57,062 nucleotides of DNA. Source: a virus. The stretch is taken from positions 1 through 57,062 of the IMG/VR virus record IMGVR_UViG_2554235497_000003, one strand, 5' to 3'. The position numbers and the translations under genes are program-made. The notes below the pieces were generated by a model. The model made no database searches, was not told the DNA's origin, and saw nothing but the letters and a program-made list of their open reading frames with translations. Below are positions 45,491 to 53,803 of the stretch, piece after piece (the stretch's first letter is position 1; the number at the start of each line of letters is the position of its first letter).

Positions 45491-46681
45491 ATGACCGCAG
45501 AGATCGCATCGGCAATCGCCGTATGGTGTCCGAGTTATCCACGTCGAGTGACGGCCCACCAGCACTGGGCAACCTCGCCGCTCGAGGTTGGCAAGCGGAT
45601 CAAGGCGGTTGATGGAACCGACGTTGCACCGTTCGTGAGTGTCTACAGCTTCCCGAACGGTCACACGCAGGAGGGCGGCGTTCCGGCCATTGATACGCTG
45701 TTCATCGACTTCGATATTCCAAGCGGTGGCGAATATCGGAGTACGAACCCCGATCCGCAAGCGTGGTATCGGGACATGAGCGCGTTATTGACTCGAGTCC
45801 GTGAGGTGTGCCGGCTCCTCGTTCGCGAGGGGTTGGATCACCATTATCGGGCAGCGCTTTCGGGTCACAAGGGCGTTCACCTCTACCTGGACTTCCCGAC
45901 GATCGATCCTGATGAGGGGACGCCAGGGCAGTTCAAGAACGGGATGAGGCAGTACGCTGACGAGTTGATCTCTTATCTCGAATCGCAGACGTACCTTGAT
46001 CTCGAGGCTTGGGTTGACGTTGACAGCAGTGACTTGGCCCGGTTGTGCCGCCTTCCGAACACGAGACATAGTGGGGCGTCGGTGGCCTTCGATGAAGATC
46101 GGTACTGTGTACCTGTATCGATCAGAGAGCTTGCCAATATCACGCCCAACGAGTATGCGAAGCTCACTCGCTCACCTCGTCCTGTGCCGAAAGAGTGCCG
46201 TCGAAACCCGAGTCATCGGGCGCATGACGTACTCACACAGTACATCCGCGACGCTACCGGCGGCCACTATCGAGGAGCCAGCCGGTTCGACCCGAAAGCG
46301 CTCGAGCGCTACGAGGACGAGCAGAACGAGGATCTCACACTCGAGGATGTACCGTTCCTGATGAGCAGGAAGCCGTGTATTGGTGCGTTTCGCGAGCGCG
46401 CAGATATGTTTGCACACGGCGCTGCGAGTCACGCAATGGAGTTGAACGTAATCGCACACCTCGTTGAAGAGCGCGTTCCGATCGACGTGATCGTGGAGTT
46501 CTTCAGCGATGCACCGGAGTTCAACGAGGAGTTCACTCGTCACCAGATCGAGAAGGTAATCGCTCACCAGCTCAATCCGTATCGCTGCGATACGATTTGG
46601 GCACAAGCGGAGATGTTCTGCCTCGGCCCTGACGAGTGTGACCTCTATAGTCGGTACACAGGGACAGAAGCCACCCATTGA
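45491..46681 (+). CDS. Archaeo-eukaryotic primase (PriS) fused to a PriL-C-like domain
   Basis: FIDFD, SGHKGVHLY, RLCRLPNT; C-terminal KPCI...H...YRCDTI...C....C. Confidence 0.85.
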   Translation: MTAEIASAIAVWCPSYPRRVTAHQHWATSPLEVGKRIKAVDGTDVAPFVSVYSFPNGHTQEGGVPAIDTLFIDFDIPSGGEYRSTNPDPQAWYRDMSALLTRVREVCRLLVREGLDHHYRAALSGHKGVHLYLDFPTIDPDEGTPGQFKNGMRQYADELISYLESQTYLDLEAWVDVDSSDLARLCRLPNTRHSGASVAFDEDRYCVPVSIRELANITPNEYAKLTRSPRPVPKECRRNPSHRAHDVLTQYIRDATGGHYRGASRFDPKALERYEDEQNEDLTLEDVPFLMSRKPCIGAFRERADMFAHGAASHAMELNVIAHLVEERVPIDVIVEFFSDAPEFNEEFTRHQIEKVIAHQLNPYRCDTIWAQAEMFCLGPDECDLYSRYTGTEATH

Positions 46682-46729
46682 GGTGGCGCGATCTATCCCT
46701 CCTACTGCTACACCTACACCTAACCCTAC

Positions 46730-47965
46730 ATGAGCTACAACTTCACGCCTGCACAGAGAACCGTCTACGAACAGCTCCCCGCAACTGTCGCAGAAGTAGC
46801 GAAAGCACTGGAAATCACGGAGTCCACAGTACGCGATCACCTGAGCGCGATCGATGAAGAGGTTCCCCTCGTCAACCGTGACGGCGTTCGGTATCCAGCT
46901 ACCGAGCTTCGAACGCTCGAGTCTCATCCATCGAACTACAACGAGCGATCGAACCGCAACACCAAATCGAGCCAGACGAAGGCTGCAAATCAGCACCTCG
47001 CGGATCTCAACGATCGACTCGCCCACCTGCTCGATACGAGTGCTCCCGCCGTTGCTGACGGTGGCCTTGCTTACGATCCGTCGAACGAGGACGTGGTGAT
47101 CCACCGCTCGGATGATCACATCGGCGCGGAGGTCTACGACGAGTTCGGGAACCTCGTGTTCAACAAGGACATTGCCGCCGAGCGGATTCGTAGTGTGACC
47201 GATTCCGTGATGGATCTGATCGACCGCGAGGAGAAGGCCGATCGACAGTTCGATACCGCCCATCTGTTACTTGGCGGTGACACCGTGACCGGCGAGAACA
47301 TCTTCTCCCACCAGCCTCACGAGATTGACCTCACGATTGACGAGCAGATCGATCTCGCCTGTGAGCTATACATGGAGCAGATTCATCACCTGGCCACCCG
47401 GTTCGACACCGTTCAGGTAGTCTGTCAGGCTGGTAATCACGGCGAGCTGCGAGCGAACGGGATGAGCCAGGAGGCGAACGCCGACCGGATTGTCTACATG
47501 ATGCTCGATCGGATGGTGCGGATGAGCGACCTCGAGAACGTCACGTTCATCCGATCTGGTGCGACGGCGTTCATCAACTTCGAGATGCGAAACGGCCTCC
47601 ACCGAGGCCACTTACGCCACGGTCAGAACTGTCTCTCTCACATCGGAACCTCGAGCGGGCAGAACAAGTGGCGCGGCTGGCAGATCAAGCACCAGTTCGA
47701 TGTCGCCTATCGAGGGCACTACCACGAGTTCAAACTCGAGCACGTCATGAACCGCCCAGTTCTCATGTCGGGTTCGATCTGCCCGCCGTCAGACTACGAA
47801 GAGTCCCTCTCGGTGTGGAGCGAACCAGCAGCAACCGTCCACGGAGTCACTGACGAGTATCCGTTGGCCTGGTTGTACCCAGTGCAGTTCCGTGACATGG
47901 AGAACGGCTCCGAGGGTCCGACGGCTTCTGATGCGTCTCCCGGCGTTCTTCCTACGTCTGCCTAA
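46730..47965 (+). CDS. HTH + calcineurin-like metallophosphoesterase
   Basis: N-terminal HTH; SDDHIG, GGD, GNHG, HGQ, GHYHE. Confidence 0.85.
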   Translation: MSYNFTPAQRTVYEQLPATVAEVAKALEITESTVRDHLSAIDEEVPLVNRDGVRYPATELRTLESHPSNYNERSNRNTKSSQTKAANQHLADLNDRLAHLLDTSAPAVADGGLAYDPSNEDVVIHRSDDHIGAEVYDEFGNLVFNKDIAAERIRSVTDSVMDLIDREEKADRQFDTAHLLLGGDTVTGENIFSHQPHEIDLTIDEQIDLACELYMEQIHHLATRFDTVQVVCQAGNHGELRANGMSQEANADRIVYMMLDRMVRMSDLENVTFIRSGATAFINFEMRNGLHRGHLRHGQNCLSHIGTSSGQNKWRGWQIKHQFDVAYRGHYHEFKLEHVMNRPVLMSGSICPPSDYEESLSVWSEPAATVHGVTDEYPLAWLYPVQFRDMENGSEGPTASDASPGVLPTSA

Positions 47966-48001
47966 GAATCTCGAGTAAGGAAACACTATAGGAAAGCTTA
48001 C
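47966..48001 (+). promoter_or_regulatory. Viral promoter motif
   Basis: GAATCTC-GAGTAA-GGAAACAC-TATAGGAAAGCTTAC. Confidence 0.55.
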
Positions 48002-48076
48002 TATGTATTACAGCATTCACGCTATCGATGAGACCGGAAAAACAGACATTCTGTGCCTTCAGAATGAGGTGTCACA

Positions 48077-48265
48077 ATGAAGGCCGAGAACGTGATGGTG
48101 AGACACGATGACGGTCTCTACCTCGCGTATTATATCGGTGATGACGCCCCGTTACTGGAAGGCATGGCGGCCACCCACGAAGGAGCAATTGGAGCACTCC
48201 TTCACGAGTGGAAGCGTTACTGGACGGTCATCGACGCTTCCGCAGAGTGTGCTGTGGTGGTCTAA
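48077..48265 (+). CDS. Hypothetical protein
   Basis: GAGGTG SD-like site upstream. Confidence 0.55.
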   Translation: MKAENVMVRHDDGLYLAYYIGDDAPLLEGMAATHEGAIGALLHEWKRYWTVIDASAECAVVV

Positions 48266-48561
48266 TGGGTGCGGATCGCCACCCGACGTCTGTTCCATCG
48301 AACTTCGACGAGATTGAAGATCGGCTACCGGAACCGGACTCATCGACTGCGGAGAAGAAACGAGACAAGCGAGCCGGTGAGCGTGGGTTGTACCACCTAT
48401 GGCTCGCAGAAGAGTGTCAGGCTGCACTCGAGCCGTCGTTCATCTATATCGACGCGCTTTCCGCCACCGAAGCGACGATTCGCGGTCATGTGATCGCCAT
48501 CGCATTTGGTGCAACGTGTGCCTGTCAGGTAGACGTTCGACCTGTTGAGGTCTACGTCTAA
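48265..48561 (+). CDS. Hypothetical protein
   Basis: Coupled start. Confidence 0.5.
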   Translation: MGADRHPTSVPSNFDEIEDRLPEPDSSTAEKKRDKRAGERGLYHLWLAEECQAALEPSFIYIDALSATEATIRGHVIAIAFGATCACQVDVRPVEVYV

Positions 48562-48606
48562 GAATAGCCGTCCGAACATCTGGCATACAACCTAACTATC
48601 ACTACT

Positions 48607-49011
48607 ATGCACGTTGACCGACGAAACACCCGAGCAGATCACTTCCGAGTAAGCGATGTTGACCTACGCAGTGACGGTAGCCCGATCATGGTGTCACTCC
48701 CTGGTGGCACTGTCGTCTCGAAGACAGTCGAATATACAACGACAATGTGTCCAGAGTGCGAAGACGAGGGTGGTAAGCATACGATCCCTGCCTGGACGGA
48801 TGAGATCGGTGATGAAGTGTGTCCCGTCTGTGGGATGATCTGCAATGGGAACCGTAAGCAGATGTGGCCCGAGGATTTCAATTTCGAGTCTCGAGGCGGT
48901 TTCGAGAGTTCTGGTTTTCCGGCGTTAAACGATTCAGCGCCGCGATTCGGGCCAGATACGCCGATGGACAGTGCGGATCTCTACCCTGGCGGTGAAAGCA
49001 ACGAGGCCTAA
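48607..49011 (+). CDS. TFIIB-type zinc-ribbon protein
   Basis: CPEC...D..GDEVCPVCGMI. Confidence 0.6.
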   Translation: MHVDRRNTRADHFRVSDVDLRSDGSPIMVSLPGGTVVSKTVEYTTTMCPECEDEGGKHTIPAWTDEIGDEVCPVCGMICNGNRKQMWPEDFNFESRGGFESSGFPALNDSAPRFGPDTPMDSADLYPGGESNEA

Positions 49012-49019
49012 GACTCACC

Positions 49020-49355
49020 ATGTTTGAAAGGCTTGGCTCCATGCTGAACCGTGTCGATGGCGAGGAGTTCGTTTCCCCCGCACAGGTGGCTGAAGACGTA
49101 AACACGGTACACGAGTCACTCGATCGACTGAAAGAGTGGTCGCTCGAGACGATTGAGTGGCTGGCTTCCGAACACGAACGGCTGGTCGAAGACGGTGAGA
49201 CGGAATACGCTACCGAGATCGAGGATCTGATGCTCTACGTCCAGACGGTATTCCTTCGGCTCGAGTACGGCGACCAGGCGGTTCGAGCAGGGGCTGAAGA
49301 AAAGGTCGAAGAGGCCGGTGAAACAGTCGAGGATATCGTCGATGGAGGTGAGTGA
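49020..49355 (+). CDS. Hypothetical acidic protein
   Basis: ORF in operon. Confidence 0.65.
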   Translation: MFERLGSMLNRVDGEEFVSPAQVAEDVNTVHESLDRLKEWSLETIEWLASEHERLVEDGETEYATEIEDLMLYVQTVFLRLEYGDQAVRAGAEEKVEEAGETVEDIVDGGE

Positions 49356-49645
49356 TGATGTGGTACTCACGGGAGACCCACTGCTACGATGATTGTGGGT
49401 TTGCTGTTGATGGCCGCGTTGTTGCGGTCCTCTCGCATTCGCCGCATCAGAGCCGCGTTACGGTTCTGGTTGAACGGGCAGAACCCACAGTGTTCAGTGG
49501 ACATGGTGAAGCGGTATCCGAAGGAGTGAGCTACGAATGTGGTGCGGAGCTATCGAGTGGCGGAACCTGCACCCGTGACGTTGACGGTCCAGATGAGCTG
49601 TGCTGGCAACACGACGAGGAAGACGAAGACGAGGCCGACACATGA
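49352..49645 (+). CDS. Protein with C-terminal C3H zinc finger
   Basis: CGAELSSGGTCTRDV..PDELCWQH. Confidence 0.65.
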   Translation: MMMWYSRETHCYDDCGFAVDGRVVAVLSHSPHQSRVTVLVERAEPTVFSGHGEAVSEGVSYECGAELSSGGTCTRDVDGPDELCWQHDEEDEDEADT

Positions 49646-49968
49646 CGTTCCCCTCGATCCCGTGGGGCGAGGTTGACACCCTGAACGTTGACTTCGATCA
49701 CACGATCACGGAGCGATCTACTGACGAGTACTTGCCCCCTCGAGAGCAGTCACCGAACCCGGAAGTAGTTGACAAGCTACTCGAGGCGTACTATAGCGGA
49801 AAGACGATCATCGTCTGGACGGCCCGTCCGTGGTCCGATGCCGCCGAACTGGTTGGAATGCTCACGATGTGGGGCGTTCCGTTTCACGGCATCATGATGG
49901 CGAAGGGTGGGTCGGATATGTACTGCGACGATAAGGCAGTGCGCCCTGACGAGTTCGTCGAGCTGTAA
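49642..49968 (+). CDS. HAD-superfamily phosphatase
   Basis: VDFDHTI, WTARP, MAK...YCDDK. Confidence 0.82.
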   Translation: MTFPSIPWGEVDTLNVDFDHTITERSTDEYLPPREQSPNPEVVDKLLEAYYSGKTIIVWTARPWSDAAELVGMLTMWGVPFHGIMMAKGGSDMYCDDKAVRPDEFVEL

Positions 49969-49977
49969 CCAGCGGTT

Positions 49978-50012
49978 GCCCCCAGTTTGAAATATGTCAT
50001 GAAACGCGGGGC
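49978..50012 (+). ncRNA. Conserved stem-loop motif, copy C
   Basis: GCCCC[CAGTTTGAAATATGTCATGAAACGC]GGGGC. Confidence 0.65.
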
Positions 50013-50024
50013 CTTCCGACACCT

Positions 50025-50240
50025 ATGCCTGTCACAGAAGTTCACGAACCAGAGCCGACGCCAGATACGACGTGGGCGGTTTGGATTCACCCTGAAGTGG
50101 ATGATAAGCCGTCGAAGTACACTGGCGTCGTTGACGTACTGAAACTCCCGAACGGGACGATCAAAATCGCACACCACGACGGAGTTGTCTCCGAACGTAG
50201 CGGAGAGGTGATCCGAATGCGGCAAGAGCACCTCGAGTGA
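50025..50240 (+). CDS. Hypothetical protein
   Basis: ORF in operon. Confidence 0.6.
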   Translation: MPVTEVHEPEPTPDTTWAVWIHPEVDDKPSKYTGVVDVLKLPNGTIKIAHHDGVVSERSGEVIRMRQEHLE

Positions 50241-50259
50241 CAAGACCGAAATCACAATC

Positions 50260-50661
50260 ATGGAACCCAAAACAGTTACCGAAATCCTCGAAGAGAGCGC
50301 TGAGACCTACGAACTCAAGAACGAAGACTACGGGAAAAGCTGGCAGAACATCGGACACATCCTCTATACGCTCGCGAATGAGCAACCAGTCGTCCTCGAT
50401 TCACCCGAAGACTGGATTGCCGCAGGGCTGTTCACACGTCGTCTGGATAAGTTCGCTCGCAGCTTCAACGGGGAGTTCCTCACGACCTCGATGAACTTTG
50501 AAGCGGCAACTGACGCTGACGAGGACGAGACGGTCTATGCTGCGATGCAGGCCGAGAATAAGTACGATCGTGAGCGGAAGGCGAGAGAACCAGAGGTCGT
50601 GAACTACCACCGAGAGAAGCCTACAGAGTACAATTCGTCTGTTGGGGTCAATGATGAGTGA
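50260..50661 (+). CDS. DUF1599/nucleotide-modification-associated (MazG-like fold) protein
   Basis: KNEDYGKSW...RRLDKFAR. Confidence 0.7.
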   Translation: MEPKTVTEILEESAETYELKNEDYGKSWQNIGHILYTLANEQPVVLDSPEDWIAAGLFTRRLDKFARSFNGEFLTTSMNFEAATDADEDETVYAAMQAENKYDRERKAREPEVVNYHREKPTEYNSSVGVNDE

Positions 50662-50800
50662 CCTCGACGAGCTGATCCACCGCGTAGATCAACAGATTGC
50701 GGCGAACCGAACGGTACTCCAAGCAGTTCACAAGCAGAAGGTCGAGCGTGATTACCGGAATCTGACCTTCGAAAAACAGACCGGAGAGTCCCTGATATGA
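50654..50800 (+). CDS. Small hypothetical protein (48 aa)
   Basis: Read manually; overlaps neighbours. Confidence 0.45.
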   Translation: MSDLDELIHRVDQQIAANRTVLQAVHKQKVERDYRNLTFEKQTGESLI

Positions 50801-50967
50801 CGTTCACTAACCGAGAGACACTCGTAGAGATCCTGTCACACGCTCGAGCGCAGCCTCGGTGCGTGATCGAGTTCACGACGAACGAAGACGGTGAGACAAC
50901 GGTGGCCGACATCACGAGCCACGTCACGAAACTCGAGGAGATGGGTGGGGATGCCCGAGCAGAGTGA
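50797..50967 (+). CDS. Small hypothetical protein (56 aa)
   Basis: Read manually; ATGA coupling. Confidence 0.45.
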   Translation: MTFTNRETLVEILSHARAQPRCVIEFTTNEDGETTVADITSHVTKLEEMGGDARAE

Positions 50968-51799
50968 CGTTCTCGCGGAGCTGCGAGACGAAACCGAGGA
51001 CGGTGAGCTTCCGTACATCAGCAAGAGCCGCATTACGACGTACAAGACGTGTCCTCGCAAGTTCTACCTGACGTACATCAAGGGGCTTCGAACCCCGGAC
51101 ACGTACTACACAAAACGGGGTCGGCAGGTCCACGAAGCATATGAGCGCTACTACGAGAACGTGCTCGAGCACTACGAGGCGACGGGCGAGATTCCCGAGG
51201 ATCTCACGGAAATGCTGCCGTCGGACGTTTCGTTGTGGGCGGATTGGATCGAGCTGTACATCTCGAACTTCATCTTGTTCGAGCAGGATCGGCTGGCGGA
51301 AGCGGCTACTCCAGAGGAGTACCTACCAGTTGCAGTGGAAGCGGAGGGGTGGGACTGGGAACAATCCCCACCGTGGATGGGATACGCTGACGTGATCGTG
51401 AACGCTTCGAGCGTTCCGCAAGTAGATCGTGATAGCGGCGTCGTGATCGTGGATTTCAAGACAGGGAAAACTCCCGACCCGAAGTACCGCGATGACGGAA
51501 TCTTCCTCGAAGGGGAGTACTACGCCGTCTTGTTCGAAGAGCAGTTGGACGTAGCAGCCGTTGCGGGATACTTCCCGATGAACGACGATTTCGTGGTCAG
51601 CCCGCTCGATTCCGAACGGCGCGAACGCATCTACCAGTACGTCGAGGAAATGACCGCCAGTGACGACCTCGAGAACTTCCCTATCAAGGAGCAGCCACTC
51701 TGTAAGTGGAAGCCGGACGATGACTGCCAGTGCGATTTCTACAGCATCTGCCCGTCAACGTGGGGACAGCCCGGTGGACCGGGACCAACATACAGCTAA
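50951..51799 (+). CDS. Cas4/RecB-like PD-(D/E)XK exonuclease with Fe-S cysteines
   Basis: SKSRITTYKTCP, GYADV, VDFKTG, PLCKW..CQCDFYSIC. Confidence 0.85.
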   Translation: MPEQSDVLAELRDETEDGELPYISKSRITTYKTCPRKFYLTYIKGLRTPDTYYTKRGRQVHEAYERYYENVLEHYEATGEIPEDLTEMLPSDVSLWADWIELYISNFILFEQDRLAEAATPEEYLPVAVEAEGWDWEQSPPWMGYADVIVNASSVPQVDRDSGVVIVDFKTGKTPDPKYRDDGIFLEGEYYAVLFEEQLDVAAVAGYFPMNDDFVVSPLDSERRERIYQYVEEMTASDDLENFPIKEQPLCKWKPDDDCQCDFYSICPSTWGQPGGPGPTYS

Positions 51800-51802
51800 C
51801 CA

Positions 51803-52258
51803 ATGTCGGCCACATTATTCGATTACGAAAACGTCGAACCGCTCCGAGTACGCGAGATACATCCGATACAGGCGGCAGGACGCCTAATCGGATGGGCCGG
51901 GCCGAGTAATCGCGACCAGAACGTCGTCGTTTCACACCGTCACCGACACTCCTACGATGGTGGGAAGCAGGACTACTTCCGGCTCTGTGGTGGATACACC
52001 TACGACGATATTGCTCTCGAGGTCATGAAGGCTCTCGGCGCAGACCGGATCGCCGTACTGGAAGTCGATAACGATCGCGTCCTCGAGTTCGACCTCACGC
52101 AGTTCTTCAATACGACACTCACGTCGGAGACAGTCGAGAGCTTACACGCTCGAGACAACGGTGAGGTGAACAACTGCGTCCCGGTGTCGGAAGCGCTGCA
52201 CACTTGGGACCTGGAAGAGTGTCACATCGAACGGGCGACGAACAAACCACTGCGGTAG
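51803..52258 (+). CDS. Hypothetical protein
   Basis: ORF in operon. Confidence 0.65.
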   Translation: MSATLFDYENVEPLRVREIHPIQAAGRLIGWAGPSNRDQNVVVSHRHRHSYDGGKQDYFRLCGGYTYDDIALEVMKALGADRIAVLEVDNDRVLEFDLTQFFNTTLTSETVESLHARDNGEVNNCVPVSEALHTWDLEECHIERATNKPLR

Positions 52259-52267
52259 TTCTCAACG

Positions 52268-53179
52268 ATGAGCCAAGCCCAACTGATTAGCGACAGCCTT
52301 GACCCGATCCCGAAACAGCGCCTCGAGCCTGTTGACGTTATCACGACCGTCAACGGTGGGACCGATACGGCCTATGCAGCCGCACGATCCGGTGTTCTGA
52401 TCGGATATGAGTCAAGCGAGACGCGACCACCGGACGAGATCCCGATCGATTTCGTAGACTGGCCGTTTCGCAAGATAGACGAGGGTTCCGCCATCGACGA
52501 GGTGTTCGAACAACACCTTGCGGTGGTGAAGCGAGAACGACCCAAGTACGCAGTTGCCCCCGATATAGACGAGCACGTTGGCTACATCGAGGCGATCCAA
52601 TACGCGCTGAAACTACAGCGCTACTGTGATACAGTGATCGTGGTTCCGAAATCGGTTCATCCTCAAGATGTGCCACGACAGTTCCGGGTTGGAATGCCCT
52701 GCCAGGATCGTTTCGGTGGGACTCCGCATCCGTGGACCGAGTACGCGAACTGCAAAGAGGTGCATCTCCTCGGTGGCAACCCGGCGAAGCAAACACAGAT
52801 CGGGAAGTACTACGTCCCCGTGTGCTCTCTCGATACCGCCGTTCCGATCTCGAGGGCGCGTTGGGGCAAGGTATGGACGGGAAAGAAGTTCATACGGAAG
52901 CGGAAGGGCTTCTACGGAAGCATCGAAGAGAGCTTCGCGACTCTCTGGAGAGAGTGGAATCCCGATCGCTACTCTTCGTCTCGTGAGATGCGCTGGAAGT
53001 ATCCAAAGCCGCTGAGCGGCAACCCGATCTACGACAACGATCCGTTCGAGGTCGAGGACTATCTCATGGATGACGAAGAAATCCCGTTCCCTGGAAGAGC
53101 GTGGTGCTACGAGAACGATATCGAAGAGTGGCGAGAGAAGAATACCGGTCGAGGTATCGATGTGAAGCCCACGTCGTGA
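52268..53179 (+). CDS. tRNA-guanine-transglycosylase-like TIM-barrel protein (DUF6610/DpdA-like)
   Basis: YAVAPD, VIVVPK, VHLLGG, SLDT motifs. Confidence 0.62.
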   Translation: MSQAQLISDSLDPIPKQRLEPVDVITTVNGGTDTAYAAARSGVLIGYESSETRPPDEIPIDFVDWPFRKIDEGSAIDEVFEQHLAVVKRERPKYAVAPDIDEHVGYIEAIQYALKLQRYCDTVIVVPKSVHPQDVPRQFRVGMPCQDRFGGTPHPWTEYANCKEVHLLGGNPAKQTQIGKYYVPVCSLDTAVPISRARWGKVWTGKKFIRKRKGFYGSIEESFATLWREWNPDRYSSSREMRWKYPKPLSGNPIYDNDPFEVEDYLMDDEEIPFPGRAWCYENDIEEWREKNTGRGIDVKPTS

Positions 53180-53284
53180 AATTATTGACGGGAAAAGTTA
53201 TTATCTATCGAGATTTACAGAGCTTGATTACCGAGTTGGGCACGCTCGCCACTGACGGTGTTAGCGACATCTCGGCAGGTAACT

Positions 53285-53803
53285 ATGGAATCCAATGTCT
53301 ATACTCCTCGAATCAAGCGATCGGAAGTTGATCTGATCCCCCTACTTCCTGGCCTTGCCCGGATACTGAAACATGGCCTGGACGTTCCCGAGTTGAAGAT
53401 ACGGCACGCTCGTCTCGATGAAGACGGCAACTGGTCGATTGATGACGATATAGAGGCGTTCCTGTGGTATCCCGGTGGTCCAACCCAAACGTGTTTTTGG
53501 GAAATTACTCGGTTCAAGCAAGCTCTGGATGGATCAGAGCAGAAAACAACCGATTACTACCAGACAGAGTACTACAACGTTCCCCGCATCTTCCTCGATT
53601 ACGCCGATCAGTGGATACACGAGGAGCAGCGGATGTGGTTCGTTGTTGATGTGAACAACTGGCAGCTCGAGGAGTGGCTACACGAAAATGGCGTCCTCGA
53701 GCTATCGGACGAGATTATAGCGTCAGCTAAGACACGAAATGAAACTATACGTAACGAACATAACGACGGCATGGAACGAGGACAGGGCACAACAGACGAT
53801 TAA
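53285..53803 (+). CDS. Hypothetical protein
   Basis: Acidic ORF with own AT-rich promoter-like region (about 53190-53205). Confidence 0.6.
   Translation: MESNVYTPRIKRSEVDLIPLLPGLARILKHGLDVPELKIRHARLDEDGNWSIDDDIEAFLWYPGGPTQTCFWEITRFKQALDGSEQKTTDYYQTEYYNVPRIFLDYADQWIHEEQRMWFVVDVNNWQLEEWLHENGVLELSDEIIASAKTRNETIRNEHNDGMERGQGTTDD

Noticed and set aside
46172-47263. 363-aa minus-strand ORF and other long antisense ORFs (e.g. 19186-19866, 54027-54674, 10972-11637)
   Set aside because: Shadow frames of well-supported genes in GC-rich, codon-biased DNA.
30746-50012. Hammerhead ribozyme, C/D box or bulge-helix-bulge reading of the three-copy motif
   Set aside because: Lacks CUGANGA with three stems, lacks a RUGAUGA/CUGA pair, and has no 4-bp helix between two 3-nt bulges.
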